The notes: generated from the sequence alone by a model not told the origin. Positions 9,831 through 20,590 are shown, counted from the first letter of the stretch. The stretch is 64,000 nt of DNA from Candidatus Moraniibacteriota bacterium (GCA_046116545.1 CP175956.1:449734-513733); one strand, 5' to 3'. Translations and numbers: made by a program.

Positions 9831-11351
9831 TTACACTTTTGGTCTATATTGCAAAGCTTCTGCTATATGATTCTTTGTGATTTCATCTATTCCTTCTAAG
9901 TCTGCTATTGTTCGTGCAAGTTTTATCATTCTGTAATATGCTCTTGCACTTAAATCTAGTTTTTCAGCTGCATTTCTAAGCAAATCCTTTGATTCTTTAT
10001 CTAAATAACAATATTTTTTTATTTCCACATGATTCATTTCTGCATTTATTGTCCCCGTATTTCCAAATCTCTTATCTTGTTTTTGTCTTGCTTTATCTAC
10101 TCTATCACGAATACTACCACTATCTTCTGACAAATCATCATTATCCAATTTATTTACATGAATTCTTGGAACATCTATATGCATATCAATCCTATCCAAT
10201 ATTGGGCCTGAAATTTTTTGTGAGTATCGTGATATTTGAGCTGGTGTACAAGTGCACTCCCTATTACTATCTGTTGCAAATCCACATGGACATGGATTCA
10301 TTGCAGCTATAAGTGTAAAATTTGCTGGAAATGTTGCTGACGCTTGGGCTCTCGCAATTGTCACAGTACCATCCTCCAGTGGTTGTCGTAAATTTTCCAA
10401 AACAACTCTTGGAAACTCTGCAAACTCATCTAAAAACAATACACCTCTATGTGCAAGTGTTATTTCACCAGGTTTTGGATTTGATCCACCTCCTATAAGT
10501 GAAACTGCTGATGAACTATGATGTGGACAGCGAAATTGCCTATTACTTATAATTTGTTCACTATTTGATAATTGTCCAGCCACTGAATATATTTTTGTAA
10601 TATCAAGAATTTCTTTTTTGTTAAGTGGTGGTAAAATCGTTACAAAAGTTTTAGCAAGTAATGTTTTACCTGATCCAGGAGGTCCATGAAAAATTACATT
10701 ATGACCACCAGCCGCTGCAATCTCCAATGCCCGCTTTGCATGTTCATGACCTTTTACATATTTAAAATCAAGGCTACTGGAAAAACTTTCCTTTTGTGTT
10801 TTTAACTCTCTATGCTTTGTTGGTTGCAAAACTTCTTGTCCACTCAAATGCAAAACGAGTGTCCGCAAATCTTTGACACCTATTACATCAATGCCATCCA
10901 CTATCGCAGCTTCATTTACATTTACTTCTGGCACATAAATTTCCTTCACACCTGACTCTCGTGCAAAAAGCACAATTGAAAGCACTCCATTAATCCCACG
11001 TACTTCTCCATCTAATGCTAACTCTCCTACAAATAATTTATCTTTTGCATCAAAAATTAATTGTGCGGTAGCAACGAGAAATCCTATTGCTACTGGCACA
11101 TCATAAATAGGACTGGATTTTTGCAAATCAGCGGGAGCAAGATTTACTGTTATTCTTCCACATTGGTGTGGCGGCTTAAAACCGCTATTTTTCAAAGCAC
11201 TTGAAACCCTATCTCGCGACTCCTTCACAGAAGTATCTGGTAATCCTACAATTGTAAAAGCATGTAAACCACTAGATAAAACATCTACCTCAACTTCAAC
11301 CATAGCGCCAGAGAGTCCAGTAATTGCAGAAGATAAAACCTTTGAAGACAT
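9831..11351 (-). CDS. comM: YifB/ComM-family Mg-chelatase-like AAA+ ATPase
   Basis: Lon-like N-terminal domain, Walker A FHGPPGSGKTLLAK, and Mg-chelatase ChlI-like C-terminal domain in 506 aa. Confidence 0.9.
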   Translation of the reverse strand: MSSKVLSSAITGLSGAMVEVEVDVLSSGLHAFTIVGLPDTSVKESRDRVSSALKNSGFKPPHQCGRITVNLAPADLQKSSPIYDVPVAIGFLVATAQLIFDAKDKLFVGELALDGEVRGINGVLSIVLFARESGVKEIYVPEVNVNEAAIVDGIDVIGVKDLRTLVLHLSGQEVLQPTKHRELKTQKESFSSSLDFKYVKGHEHAKRALEIAAAGGHNVIFHGPPGSGKTLLAKTFVTILPPLNKKEILDITKIYSVAGQLSNSEQIISNRQFRCPHHSSSAVSLIGGGSNPKPGEITLAHRGVLFLDEFAEFPRVVLENLRQPLEDGTVTIARAQASATFPANFTLIAAMNPCPCGFATDSNRECTCTPAQISRYSQKISGPILDRIDMHIDVPRIHVNKLDNDDLSEDSGSIRDRVDKARQKQDKRFGNTGTINAEMNHVEIKKYCYLDKESKDLLRNAAEKLDLSARAYYRMIKLARTIADLEGIDEITKNHIAEALQYRPKV

Positions 11352-11514
11352 AACAATTAATTTTAAATCTTAGAATAGTTTAAGTTTACACTGATTTTAT
11401 ATTTTAAGACAATTCTTTTAATGACATTTCCCTATTGTTTACAGCATTTCAAACACATCTGCTCCTCCTCATGAGGGGGAGATGTCCGAAGGACAGAGGG
11501 GGTTTTCACATCAA

Positions 11515-11946
11515 TCAATCCCTACTATCCCTAAAACTCTGCCATAAAATCAACCCAGCTCCAATAGTGATATAAGCATCAGCAATATTAAATGATGAAA
11601 TATTTAAAAACGGAATATAATCCACAACACATCCATAATAAAATCTATCAATTGTATTACTTATTCCCCCAGATAAAATTAAAATATATGGTAATTGATT
11701 TATAAATTTATCAGATGTCTTTTGAACCCAAAAATAAATTACACATAACATTATGAGTATCCAAAGACCTACAAAAATAATCTGTGGTAAAATTATACCC
11801 ATTGCAATACCATAATTACACAAACTTTCAATGGCCTGTGATTGCAAAATAAAAAATTTAATAACTTGATCAATTACAATAAGTCCTATGATTGAAAAAA
11901 TCCCACACAAAACTGTATGAGATTTTTTCTGTAAGCAAAAAGACAT
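11515..11946 (-). CDS. lspA: Lipoprotein signal peptidase (signal peptidase II)
   Basis: 143-aa four-TM protein with NYGIAMGI and ILSGGISNTIDRFYYGCVVDYI motifs. Confidence 0.8.
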   Translation of the reverse strand: MSFCLQKKSHTVLCGIFSIIGLIVIDQVIKFFILQSQAIESLCNYGIAMGIILPQIIFVGLWILIMLCVIYFWVQKTSDKFINQLPYILILSGGISNTIDRFYYGCVVDYIPFLNISSFNIADAYITIGAGLILWQSFRDSRD

Positions 11947-11949
11947 AAA

Positions 11950-12297
11950 TTATTCTTTTGTTATATTTGTACGAGCAGCAGGATATGCGTTTAATCTATT
12001 TACATCTATATCATCTCCTGTCTCTTCATCTTTTCCATAAGTACCCTCATCCATTTTCTTCAGAGCATCCAACACATCTTTCAATTGTGTTTCAAGTGTT
12101 TTTTCCAATGCTAATTTGTCGGTATATTCCTCAACTTCAGTAGCATTTTCATCATTTCTATCACCTAAATCATCAGGAAATTCAGTTTTATATTCTCCTT
12201 CTCCAGTCTTCTTTGCAAATTTGCTAAGCTCTCCTTCAAGCTGTTCTTTTTCTGCTACAAGTTTATTTTTAAATTCTTCTAATATTTTTTGATCCAT
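11950..12297 (-). CDS. DksA/TraR-family-like protein lacking the Cys4 zinc finger
   Basis: N-terminal coiled coil, and C-terminus YGKDEETGDDIDVNRLNAYPAARTNI aligns to the DksA YGxCExCGxxIxxxRLxAxPxAxxC motif with every cysteine replaced. Confidence 0.5.
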   Translation of the reverse strand: MDQKILEEFKNKLVAEKEQLEGELSKFAKKTGEGEYKTEFPDDLGDRNDENATEVEEYTDKLALEKTLETQLKDVLDALKKMDEGTYGKDEETGDDIDVNRLNAYPAARTNITKE

Positions 12298-12397
12298 ATT
12301 TTTTAGTAATTAGTAAGTTAGTGATTAGCATTTTAGCTATTTTGATATATTCAGTGTACCAAATTCAATTCTCTAAGACAAGGTCTAATAACTATTT

Positions 12398-12422
12398 GTC
12401 ATTCCCGCGAAGGCTGGAATTC
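12398..12422. repeat. GC-rich palindromic element, family copy 3
   Basis: gtcattcccgcgaaggctggaattc. Confidence 0.6.
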
Positions 12423-12479
12423 AGAACTACAATAAAATTATTTTTAAATATATACTAACTTACACAGAATATTATACTA

Positions 12480-12881
12480 TTACAAAAAAATACTCTCAAT
12501 ATGCTTAATTCTAGGATTTTTCTCAGCCTCCATAATAATCACGCTCACAGTATCAATTCGCCACATTACATCCCACAATTCATTTTCTTTAATATAAACC
12601 TCTGCAATTCTATTTAACTTATTTAATTTTGACCTAGTAATTTGTTCTTCTGGTAATACATCATTTTCATTTTTTTCAACATTTCTAGTTTTCACCTCAA
12701 TAAAAACTAAATAATCACTTTTTATATCTCTAGCAATAATATCAACCTCCCCAATGCGTCGACCATTCTTATTACACCAATTCCTATCAATAACCTTATA
12801 GCCCTCTTTTTTCAAAAATTTCTCAGCCATCTTTTCACCTTTATATCCAACATTATTTTTATTCAATTTAAATATTCCCAT
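12480..12881 (-). CDS. YraN/UPF0102-family endonuclease
   Basis: GEKMAEKFLKKEGYKVIDRNW...GEVDIIARD...YLVFIEVKTR in 133 aa. Confidence 0.8.
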   Translation of the reverse strand: MGIFKLNKNNVGYKGEKMAEKFLKKEGYKVIDRNWCNKNGRRIGEVDIIARDIKSDYLVFIEVKTRNVEKNENDVLPEEQITRSKLNKLNRIAEVYIKENELWDVMWRIDTVSVIIMEAEKNPRIKHIESIFL

Positions 12882-12945
12882 AATATAAATTTATATTTTT
12901 TCTATGATACACTATTATTATACATGGAACTTATTATATGAAAAT

Positions 12946-13521
12946 ATGAAAAAAATAATTTTAGCATCTAGCTCACCTCGCAGGAAAGAACTGCTTAAAA
13001 ATATAGGACTTAATTTTAATGTTGTCTCTAGTGATTATATGGAGGATATGACACTAGACATGAAACCTACTGAACTTGCAAAATATCTATCACTAGGCAA
13101 AGCTCAAGATGTTGCAAAAAATCACATTAATACTATTATAATTGCAGCTGATACATTTGTAGTTTTAAATGATGACTTACTTGGCAAACCACATACGGAA
13201 GAAAAGGCTTTTGAAATGTTACAAAAAATCAATGGTCAAACTCTTGAAGTAATCACTGGTTATACAATAATAGACACTTCTATGAAGTACTCTATTTCAA
13301 AAGCTGTCACAACAAAAATTTTTATAAAAAAATTAACTGACGATGAAATTAAGTCGTATATCAAAACTGGTGAGCCACTAGACAAAGCTGGTGCCTTTGC
13401 TATTCAAGGATATGGCTCAATTTTTATAAAAGAAATACAAGGAAGCTACACAAATGTTATAGGCTTACCAATTTATTCACTTGCTGAATCACTTAAAAAA
13501 TTTGGAGTTAGTGTTTTATAA
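12946..13521 (+). CDS. maf: Maf-like nucleoside triphosphate pyrophosphatase (septum formation protein)
   Basis: MKKIILASSSPRRKELL ... AFAIQG; the start is taken at the internal ATG at 12946 rather than the ORF-track 12904. Confidence 0.85.
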   Translation: MKKIILASSSPRRKELLKNIGLNFNVVSSDYMEDMTLDMKPTELAKYLSLGKAQDVAKNHINTIIIAADTFVVLNDDLLGKPHTEEKAFEMLQKINGQTLEVITGYTIIDTSMKYSISKAVTTKIFIKKLTDDEIKSYIKTGEPLDKAGAFAIQGYGSIFIKEIQGSYTNVIGLPIYSLAESLKKFGVSVL

Positions 13522-13546
13522 AAAATATCTTATTACGATTTTTACT

Positions 13547-14281
13547 TTATTTCACACTTTTCCACTGCAATTCAAAGATTGCTTTAAGTGTATTATAAAT
13601 TTTTTTACTTTCTATAATTAATCCAAACTCCTCTTTAAATGACATAATCCCAATCTTATGCCCAGCATAAAGATTTATTTCTACTTCAAAAAATAAATTG
13701 TCTTCAAAATCGATGAGTTTCATCTGACGTAAATGTTTTTCGTCATATTCTTTTACATGTTGCATTCCATCTGTATTTGGCGCAAACGACCTTGTCCAAA
13801 TTTTATTTTTCAATCTCTGTGGTACATATTCTTTCCATAAATACTCAATATCAAAATACTCAATAGCCTCTGGAGAAGCCCATGCCAGAATTTCTTGATT
13901 TTTATATTCTAGCGTATCCCTGTAAATATTTTTTATACCTTCAATACCTTCAAAAAATTGAATTTTTGGTTTTCTATCTATCAAATTAGCAACAGATAAT
14001 AACTCTGGCAATATTCCTTCTAATATATTTATTTTCTCCTTAAAAATTGTTTCTATTACTTTTGGATTTTCTGCGTAATAATATATTCTTTTACCTTTTT
14101 TTGTTAAACTCACAAGTCCTTTTTCCTTTAATGAATCTAAAATATCATATACTGTTGTTCGTTTAATTTTTGATTTTTCAGAAATTCTCTGTAAATTAAC
14201 TTCCCCAAGTTCCAAAAGTGATAAATATAATCGCGCTTCTTTTTCAGATAAATTAAGCTTTTCTAATTCTTGTATAAGCAT
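13547..14281 (-). CDS. TrmB-family winged-helix transcriptional regulator
   Basis: N-terminal HTH LSEKEARLYLSLLELGEVNLQRISEKSKIKRTTVYDILDSLKEKGLV; start placed at MLIQELEK (14281) rather than 14335. Confidence 0.65.
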   Translation of the reverse strand: MLIQELEKLNLSEKEARLYLSLLELGEVNLQRISEKSKIKRTTVYDILDSLKEKGLVSLTKKGKRIYYYAENPKVIETIFKEKINILEGILPELLSVANLIDRKPKIQFFEGIEGIKNIYRDTLEYKNQEILAWASPEAIEYFDIEYLWKEYVPQRLKNKIWTRSFAPNTDGMQHVKEYDEKHLRQMKLIDFEDNLFFEVEINLYAGHKIGIMSFKEEFGLIIESKKIYNTLKAIFELQWKSVK

Positions 14282-14505
14282 AATGACTAATTTATAATAA
14301 ATGACGTAAAAAAGGTCGTTATTTATAATATACAAAAAATACCCTCAAAAGTCAATAGCTTAGGCAACTATCCAAATGATACTATCTTTTACATAACCAA
14401 TATGTCACTATTTAAGACATTATTTGTTAATGTGTTATTATTTATCGTTACGAAATGAATCGTAATAGAAACTAATGTACATTTACAATTCAAAAGGAGC
14501 TTCTA

Positions 14506-15297
14506 ATGAAAAATGTCGAATGGTGGAGTCCTAAGGCTGGTTTTTTTGGTAATTTTTATGTCAATGGTGACAACTCCAAAAAAGGTTACTTAATAAATAA
14601 TGATCAAACCTTAGGTGAGCGAACTCTCACTGAAGTTAATGGGGTTGAAAAGTTATTATCTTTACAGCCTAACGCTAAAATACTTGACTGTCCGTGTGGT
14701 TATGGACGTCATAGCATTGCATTAGCAGAAAAAGGTTATCACGTCACTGCATCTGATATTAATCCGATACATCTAAATATCATGTCCACAAATATTAGTG
14801 CTTTTCATAACAGAAAAATATCCGACCGTATACTGTTTAACATTTCGGACATGCGTTATTTACAGGTAAGTACTGAGTTTGATGCTGTAATTAATATGTT
14901 TTATTCATTTGGCTTTTTTGAAACTGATGTAGAAAATGAATTGGTATTGCGGAATTTTTGGAAGTCTTTACGACCTGGTGGAAAATTTCTGATGCACACA
15001 GATGTAAATTTGCCTAGAGTTTTATCAGGTAATTACAAAACAGATGAGTTTAGAAATCTAAACTCAAAAAACACGCTCCGAATAATCGATAACTATAATC
15101 CAAAAACAAAACGAATGAATGGTGAATGGATTATTAATGGAGTCTCCAAGCAATATTCTGTACGAGTATATTCAAAAAGTGAATTTATACGTATCTGTCT
15201 AAAAGTTGGTTTTACTTCATGCGTAGCCTATTCAAATTGGCAAGGCAATGATTATACGGAAGCTTCCGAAGACATGATTATTGTCGCCACAAAATAA
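14506..15297 (+). CDS. Class I SAM-dependent methyltransferase
   Basis: Motif I ILDCPCGYGRHSIALAEKGYHVTASDINP, followed by motifs II and III. Confidence 0.65.
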   Translation: MKNVEWWSPKAGFFGNFYVNGDNSKKGYLINNDQTLGERTLTEVNGVEKLLSLQPNAKILDCPCGYGRHSIALAEKGYHVTASDINPIHLNIMSTNISAFHNRKISDRILFNISDMRYLQVSTEFDAVINMFYSFGFFETDVENELVLRNFWKSLRPGGKFLMHTDVNLPRVLSGNYKTDEFRNLNSKNTLRIIDNYNPKTKRMNGEWIINGVSKQYSVRVYSKSEFIRICLKVGFTSCVAYSNWQGNDYTEASEDMIIVATK

Positions 15298-15320
15298 ACC
15301 TACTGACAAAGGTGTATTAA

Positions 15321-15725
15321 ATGAAACCAGAACATTTAACTATCATGTTCAAAGGACGTTGTCCTAAATGTGAATATGAAAATAACTCTAAAGAAGTTCG
15401 ATATAATGGATCATCAAACCATTATGAACATAGAATACCTTGTGCGAATTGTAAACACTACTTTACAGCTCATTTAGAAGTAGAGGGATCTAATCCCAAA
15501 AATCTTGTTTATTTAGATTATAATCAATTATTTCAAGCCATACATGATGCTGTATTGAGTCATAAAAGAAAATTATCTGGATACTCATTTTTAAAAGAAA
15601 ACTATCCAGAACTATTTTGGAATTTATTACATCGTTACAGTCAGTATCGTTCTGGTGCTTTTATGTTTCGTATATGGCGAGAACGGTATATTGAAAAATT
15701 GTATGGTTGCAAAGTTAAACACTGA
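15321..15725 (+). CDS. Hypothetical zinc-ribbon protein
   Basis: CPKC...CANC pairs in the N-terminus of a 134-aa ORF; ends with TGA and is followed by a terminator. Confidence 0.4.
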   Translation: MKPEHLTIMFKGRCPKCEYENNSKEVRYNGSSNHYEHRIPCANCKHYFTAHLEVEGSNPKNLVYLDYNQLFQAIHDAVLSHKRKLSGYSFLKENYPELFWNLLHRYSQYRSGAFMFRIWRERYIEKLYGCKVKH

Positions 15726-15731
15726 CAACCT

Positions 15732-15775
15732 AACTCGTTAGCTACTAACACGTATCTAACGAGTTTTCTTTTCTC
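15732..15775 (+). terminator. Rho-independent terminator
   Basis: AACTCGTTAG...CTAACGAGTT hairpin followed by TTCTTTTCTC. Confidence 0.6.
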
Positions 15776-16779
15776 AAAAAAAACAAAAAACACCTGCTAA
15801 TTGCAAGTGCTTTTTGACAAACATTTTTCGATGAACCTTATTTATTTCCTCAAGAAATGTTTAAAATAAGTTCACCGAGCTCCAAGTGGCCCGAATAATA
15901 TATTAACTTGGGCATGGAGCCCGGCTAGTCCGCATGCACGAACATGTGATCCAATGAAGCTTTTTCGTACCGGGTGAGAATACAATTGGCTTACTCTGAT
16001 CTCATGTACTTTCTGTACATACTAAATCTTCATGACAACATTCCCTATTATTATTGTTATCATCTACCTTTCACCGTCCTATGGATTTCCCCTCAAATTG
16101 TATTAAAGAACTACTCTACTTTTATTTTTTTATTTGTTTTAGTAGATACTACCTCCGTCAATGCGAAAGCAATAATTTTTATTTTTGTTTTGTTTGCGAA
16201 GTTGGGAATTAGAAATTTGTAAACAAATTTCAAAAAACTACGCGATAGACAATTGCTATGAATTATCTATATAGGACAGGGGAAGGATTTCCAGACACAA
16301 ATAGGGGGAAATTGTGACTGGAAATTCTTCCTCCGTCAGTGTATTTTACTGTTAAAGTTCTTTGCCTGTGTATAAGCTTTCCTCTCTCACTTACAAAGTA
16401 ATTATACCATGTGTATACTCACCTGTCCAAGCTAACCCCCTGAAAAGCTTCTATTTAACAGCTTTTTGACATTATTTTGACATAAGTTTTATAAATCTAT
16501 AAAAAAAGTGAAAAAATAAAGTAAATCTCTTTTATTTTTTTCTTTATTTATCCACAGGTTATACATAAAACCACAATTATAGCCTTCTGTCCCAGCGTAA
16601 CTTTTTCAAAATAATCATTTACAATATTATTAATTTAATTTTTTAAGACTATTAGGATAAAATCAAAAACCAATCTGTCAGCAACCTAACAAGTTTCTCT
16701 GAAATTAATTACTTTTAATGGTACTAAAAAATACTCTCCCAGTGGAGAGTATTTTAAAACTATTTCTTTATTACTGATT

Positions 16780-18414
16780 TTATCTCATTTCATTTCCGTC
16801 TATATCATACACAATACAATGACCTTCCTCTATTGTATATTGCAATATATCATCAATTTCCTGACCATTTATAATACTATTTGATTCAGAATTCATGTTT
16901 TCATCATGATAACCTGCTACTGCAAGTATTAACTCTTCTGAATATTTACACTTCATTTTTGTTCCATTTGGCATTTCTTCTTCATATAAACACATACCAT
17001 CTTCCATGCCTAAAACATTTCTTTTCATTTCTTCACCTGTTATCTGATGTATAAATGTTTCTGCAAATACATCACAGTGCCTTATTGCAGCTGATAACGT
17101 AGATACAGTTAGTGCTTCTTCTGCAATAACTATGTCTTCTTGGTTTTTTTCTCTTTTTGAATAATCAATTATTGCTCGCATCGTATTTTTTGATGTTCCT
17201 ATCATCCACCTTTTATCATTGATCGTATAATCAACTGAATATGTCTTTCCTTCATCTAAGTTATCAAATCTTATTGGATGTGTTTCATATGTACTATCTC
17301 CAAATACACTATCTATTGTAGTAGCTCCAAGACCATTTAATACAATATTAAATGCGTTTGGTAATAATGCTTCATTTGCAGTTAATGCTGTTTGCAATTC
17401 TACACTATCCTTAGTATCTACTATAAAACCAAATCTTATACCATTATCAATATCATCAAATGCATATATTTCAAAGTTTTCCTCTAACGCAGTCATTATG
17501 TCTTGTGGTATATCCATTCCAGCAGACATTGCAAATACATTAAATGATACTGGATTATTATTTATGTCAGTTACTATAAAAGATATTGGGCCTCCTATTC
17601 CTTCTGTCTTCATGTTTTCACCTATTGCTGTCAATTCTGCTGTTATATCTTCTTGTGATGTTTCACTTTCTACATCTACAGAAAAATAATTTGGGAATTC
17701 ACTAGAATACAATTGTGTTATTATTTCTTGATCATCAAGATCATCTGCAATAACATCATTATCCACCATATCGTTTTTTATTGCATCATCATTTACAACA
17801 CCTTGTAAATCAGTTTTTTTAGTGTATTTATCAACTAAACTCATAACATCATCTTTTTTGCTATATAACATAAATGCAACAAGTCCTATCACAACAATTA
17901 GCACAACCACAATAATGATACTGCCTAAACTATTTTTCTTTTTTGACTTTTGTTTATTTGTAAGTTCAATTTCTGAAATTTTTTCATCTTTAATTAACAT
18001 GTCTTTTGGTGACTTGTTTATTTTTTCTACATCAGATTTGTCTCCATTGGGTGCAAAAGATCCTTTTTTTGTAGGATTTGGTGGTGTTACTAATTTTTTT
18101 GTATCCAAAAATGGATTTTCTGTTGTATTTGTTTGTTTGATATAATTTACAGGCTTTACTGGAAGCTTCACATCTTCTGATTTTATTTGTGTTTGCTGTA
18201 TTTGCTCCTGACTCTCAATTACTGCATCTTCTTTCTTTGTATCTACAAACTTAGATTTTTTCACTGCAACATCAACCTGACTAATGAATTTTTTATTTTC
18301 ATTATCACCTTCCATTGTATGAATTTCAAATACATGTTTTTTCATTTCTTCTTTTTGTTTTGTTTTTTGTTTCTTTTCATGCATAAAATGCTCTTTAAAA
18401 AGTAATAAAGACAT
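16780..18414 (-). CDS. Hypothetical single-pass membrane protein with a large extracytoplasmic domain
   Basis: K/E-rich N-terminus, TM helix SIIIVVVLIVVIGLVAFMLY, about 360-aa C-terminal domain, Cys-containing tail. Confidence 0.5.
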   Translation of the reverse strand: MSLLLFKEHFMHEKKQKTKQKEEMKKHVFEIHTMEGDNENKKFISQVDVAVKKSKFVDTKKEDAVIESQEQIQQTQIKSEDVKLPVKPVNYIKQTNTTENPFLDTKKLVTPPNPTKKGSFAPNGDKSDVEKINKSPKDMLIKDEKISEIELTNKQKSKKKNSLGSIIIVVVLIVVIGLVAFMLYSKKDDVMSLVDKYTKKTDLQGVVNDDAIKNDMVDNDVIADDLDDQEIITQLYSSEFPNYFSVDVESETSQEDITAELTAIGENMKTEGIGGPISFIVTDINNNPVSFNVFAMSAGMDIPQDIMTALEENFEIYAFDDIDNGIRFGFIVDTKDSVELQTALTANEALLPNAFNIVLNGLGATTIDSVFGDSTYETHPIRFDNLDEGKTYSVDYTINDKRWMIGTSKNTMRAIIDYSKREKNQEDIVIAEEALTVSTLSAAIRHCDVFAETFIHQITGEEMKRNVLGMEDGMCLYEEEMPNGTKMKCKYSEELILAVAGYHDENMNSESNSIINGQEIDDILQYTIEEGHCIVYDIDGNEMR

Positions 18415-18481
18415 TACTTAAATGTAATGTCTTTATTATAGCACTTTATTTCAAAATGTGCGATGCTTTGGTTGTTTGTAT

Positions 18482-20590
18482 TTATTCTGGCTTTGGCATC
18501 AATGCTTTCATAGAAAGATTGATTCGCCCTTGTCCATCAATTTCTTTCACTTTAACATTAACTTTATCACCAATTTTCACAACATCTCCAACCTTTTCAA
18601 CACGAGAATGAGCCATTTCACTTATGTGTACCAAACCATCTTTTCCTGGCAACACCTCTACAAATGCTCCAAAATCCATAAGTCTTACTACTGTTCCCTC
18701 AAATTCTTCACCAGCCTGAACTTCTCTTGTTAAATTATGAATTATTGTTTGTGCCTCTTCACCTCCAGCAGCCTCTGTTGCTGTAATGAAAACGCTACCA
18801 TCATCTTCAATATCAATATTCACACCAGTTTTTTCAATAATTTCATTTATTATTTTTCCACCTGGTCCAATAATGTCTCTAATTTTATCAGGATTAATTT
18901 GCATTATAATAATACGTGGAGCAAATTGTGACATTTCACTTGGCTCACTAATAGTTTCTAACATTTTGCCAAGTATATGCATACGTCCATCTCTAGCTTG
19001 CGTTAGAGTTGCTTCAAACATTTCTTTGTTGATGCCATCCATCTTTACATCCATTTGTAATGCTGTAATTCCTTTTTCTGTTCCAGCTACTTTCAAATCC
19101 ATATCACCATAATGATCTTCAGCTCCTTGAATATCAGATAATACTGTGTATTTTCCTGAAGCATCGCTCATCATACCCATTGCAATTCCACTAACAGGTC
19201 GTTTAATAGGAACTCCTGCATTCAATAGTGACAATGTTGAACCACATGTTGCAGCCATTGAACTTGAACCATTTGATTCCAAAATTTCAGAAACAAGTAA
19301 AATTGTGTATGGGAAATCTTCTTTGGAAGGTAATACCGGGATAAGTGCTTTTTCTGCAAGTGCTCCATGTCCAATTTCTCTACGTCCTGGACCTCTCATA
19401 AATCGCACCTCGCCCACAGAGTATGGTGGGAAATTATAATGATGTATATAGTGTTTTTTCTCATCAACCTCCATTGTGTCTATAATCTGATGTTCTCCTG
19501 GTGCTCCCAAAGTTGTAACTGTAAGAGCTTGTGTTTCACCACGAGTAAATAATCCTGAACCGTGTGTTCTTGGAAGCAAGTCTGTCTCACAAGTAATTTG
19601 TCTAATTTCATCTGACTTTCGCTCATCAGGCCTTCTGTCTCCATCTAAAATTCCGTTATGAACTATTTCATCACATACTTCATCAAATACAAGAGCAAAG
19701 ACATCATTAAAGCTTTCTAAGTCATCTTCTGACAACTTTTCCTTTAAAATTTCAGATGCTTTTTCTTTAACTATAGCAGTTTTATCTCCTATTTCTTCTT
19801 TTGTTCCATACATTGCATCTTCTACACCGTTTTCTTTCAAAACTTCTCTAATAGTTGCTTCCATTTCATCACTTCCAACTAATAAAATTGGGTCTCGCTT
19901 TTCTTTCCCTATTTCAGATTTAATCTCTTCAATGAATGCAGCAATTTTTGCAACTTCATCATGGCCTGCCTCAAATGCTTTCACAACATCTGCTTCTGGA
20001 GCTTCTAGAGCAGCAGCTTCAATCATATTAATTTTTTCACCACCTCCAGCAAGTGTTAGAGTTAATGTACTATTTTCTTCTTGCTCTTCTGTTGGATTAA
20101 TAACTACATTTCCATCAACCATTCCTACTTTCACAGCAGCAACTGGTCCACTCCATGGCACATCAGAAATAGAAAGTGCAGCTGAAGCTGCAATAATTGA
20201 AATAATATCTGGATCATTTTCACCATCAATTGATTGAACAGTTATAACAACCTGCACCTCATTTCGCATTCTCATGTCAAAAAGTGGTCGAATAGTTCTA
20301 TCAACTGCTCGTCCTGTAAGTACAGCTTCATCACTTGGTCGCCCTTCTCTCTTAATAAATCGAGATCCTTTAATTTTACCAGCTGCATAATATCTCTCTT
20401 CATAATCAACCATCAATGGAAAATACCCCATCATATGACTTTTCCCCTTACTCATTACTGCAGTTGCTAATACTTGAGTATCTCCATAACGCACTGTCAC
20501 AGATCCGCCCGCCTGCTTTGCAAGCTTGCCTGACTCAATAGTTAACTCTCGTCCAGCCACATCAAGTGACCACTTCTTTGCTTCTGTCAT
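18482..20590 (-). CDS. pnp: Polyribonucleotide nucleotidyltransferase (PNPase)
   Basis: MTEAKKWSLDVAGRELTIESGKLAKQAGG... two RNase PH domains plus KH and a C-terminal S1 domain (GEEFEGTVVRLMDFGAFVEV); start at the ATG at 20590. Confidence 0.92.
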   Translation of the reverse strand: MTEAKKWSLDVAGRELTIESGKLAKQAGGSVTVRYGDTQVLATAVMSKGKSHMMGYFPLMVDYEERYYAAGKIKGSRFIKREGRPSDEAVLTGRAVDRTIRPLFDMRMRNEVQVVITVQSIDGENDPDIISIIAASAALSISDVPWSGPVAAVKVGMVDGNVVINPTEEQEENSTLTLTLAGGGEKINMIEAAALEAPEADVVKAFEAGHDEVAKIAAFIEEIKSEIGKEKRDPILLVGSDEMEATIREVLKENGVEDAMYGTKEEIGDKTAIVKEKASEILKEKLSEDDLESFNDVFALVFDEVCDEIVHNGILDGDRRPDERKSDEIRQITCETDLLPRTHGSGLFTRGETQALTVTTLGAPGEHQIIDTMEVDEKKHYIHHYNFPPYSVGEVRFMRGPGRREIGHGALAEKALIPVLPSKEDFPYTILLVSEILESNGSSSMAATCGSTLSLLNAGVPIKRPVSGIAMGMMSDASGKYTVLSDIQGAEDHYGDMDLKVAGTEKGITALQMDVKMDGINKEMFEATLTQARDGRMHILGKMLETISEPSEMSQFAPRIIIMQINPDKIRDIIGPGGKIINEIIEKTGVNIDIEDDGSVFITATEAAGGEEAQTIIHNLTREVQAGEEFEGTVVRLMDFGAFVEVLPGKDGLVHISEMAHSRVEKVGDVVKIGDKVNVKVKEIDGQGRINLSMKALMPKPE

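Noticed and set aside
11944-11952. dksA-like and lspA being in the same frame, separated by stop plus one codon, and thus a possible fusion or readthrough
   Set aside because: The two are functionally unrelated proteins. Same-frame adjacency is expected by chance about one time in three, and lspA has its own ATG.
15890-15935. Minus-strand GCGGACUAGCCGGGCUCCAUGCCC resembling the RNase P RNA P4 / CR-I motif (GGAAAGUCCGGGCUCCAUAGGGC)
   Set aside because: The other universal RNase P elements (GGUAAGAGC, ACAGAACCCGGCUUA in the correct orientation and spacing) are absent. The putative RNA would have to extend through the 15321..15725 CDS. The GC island is only about 110 nt.
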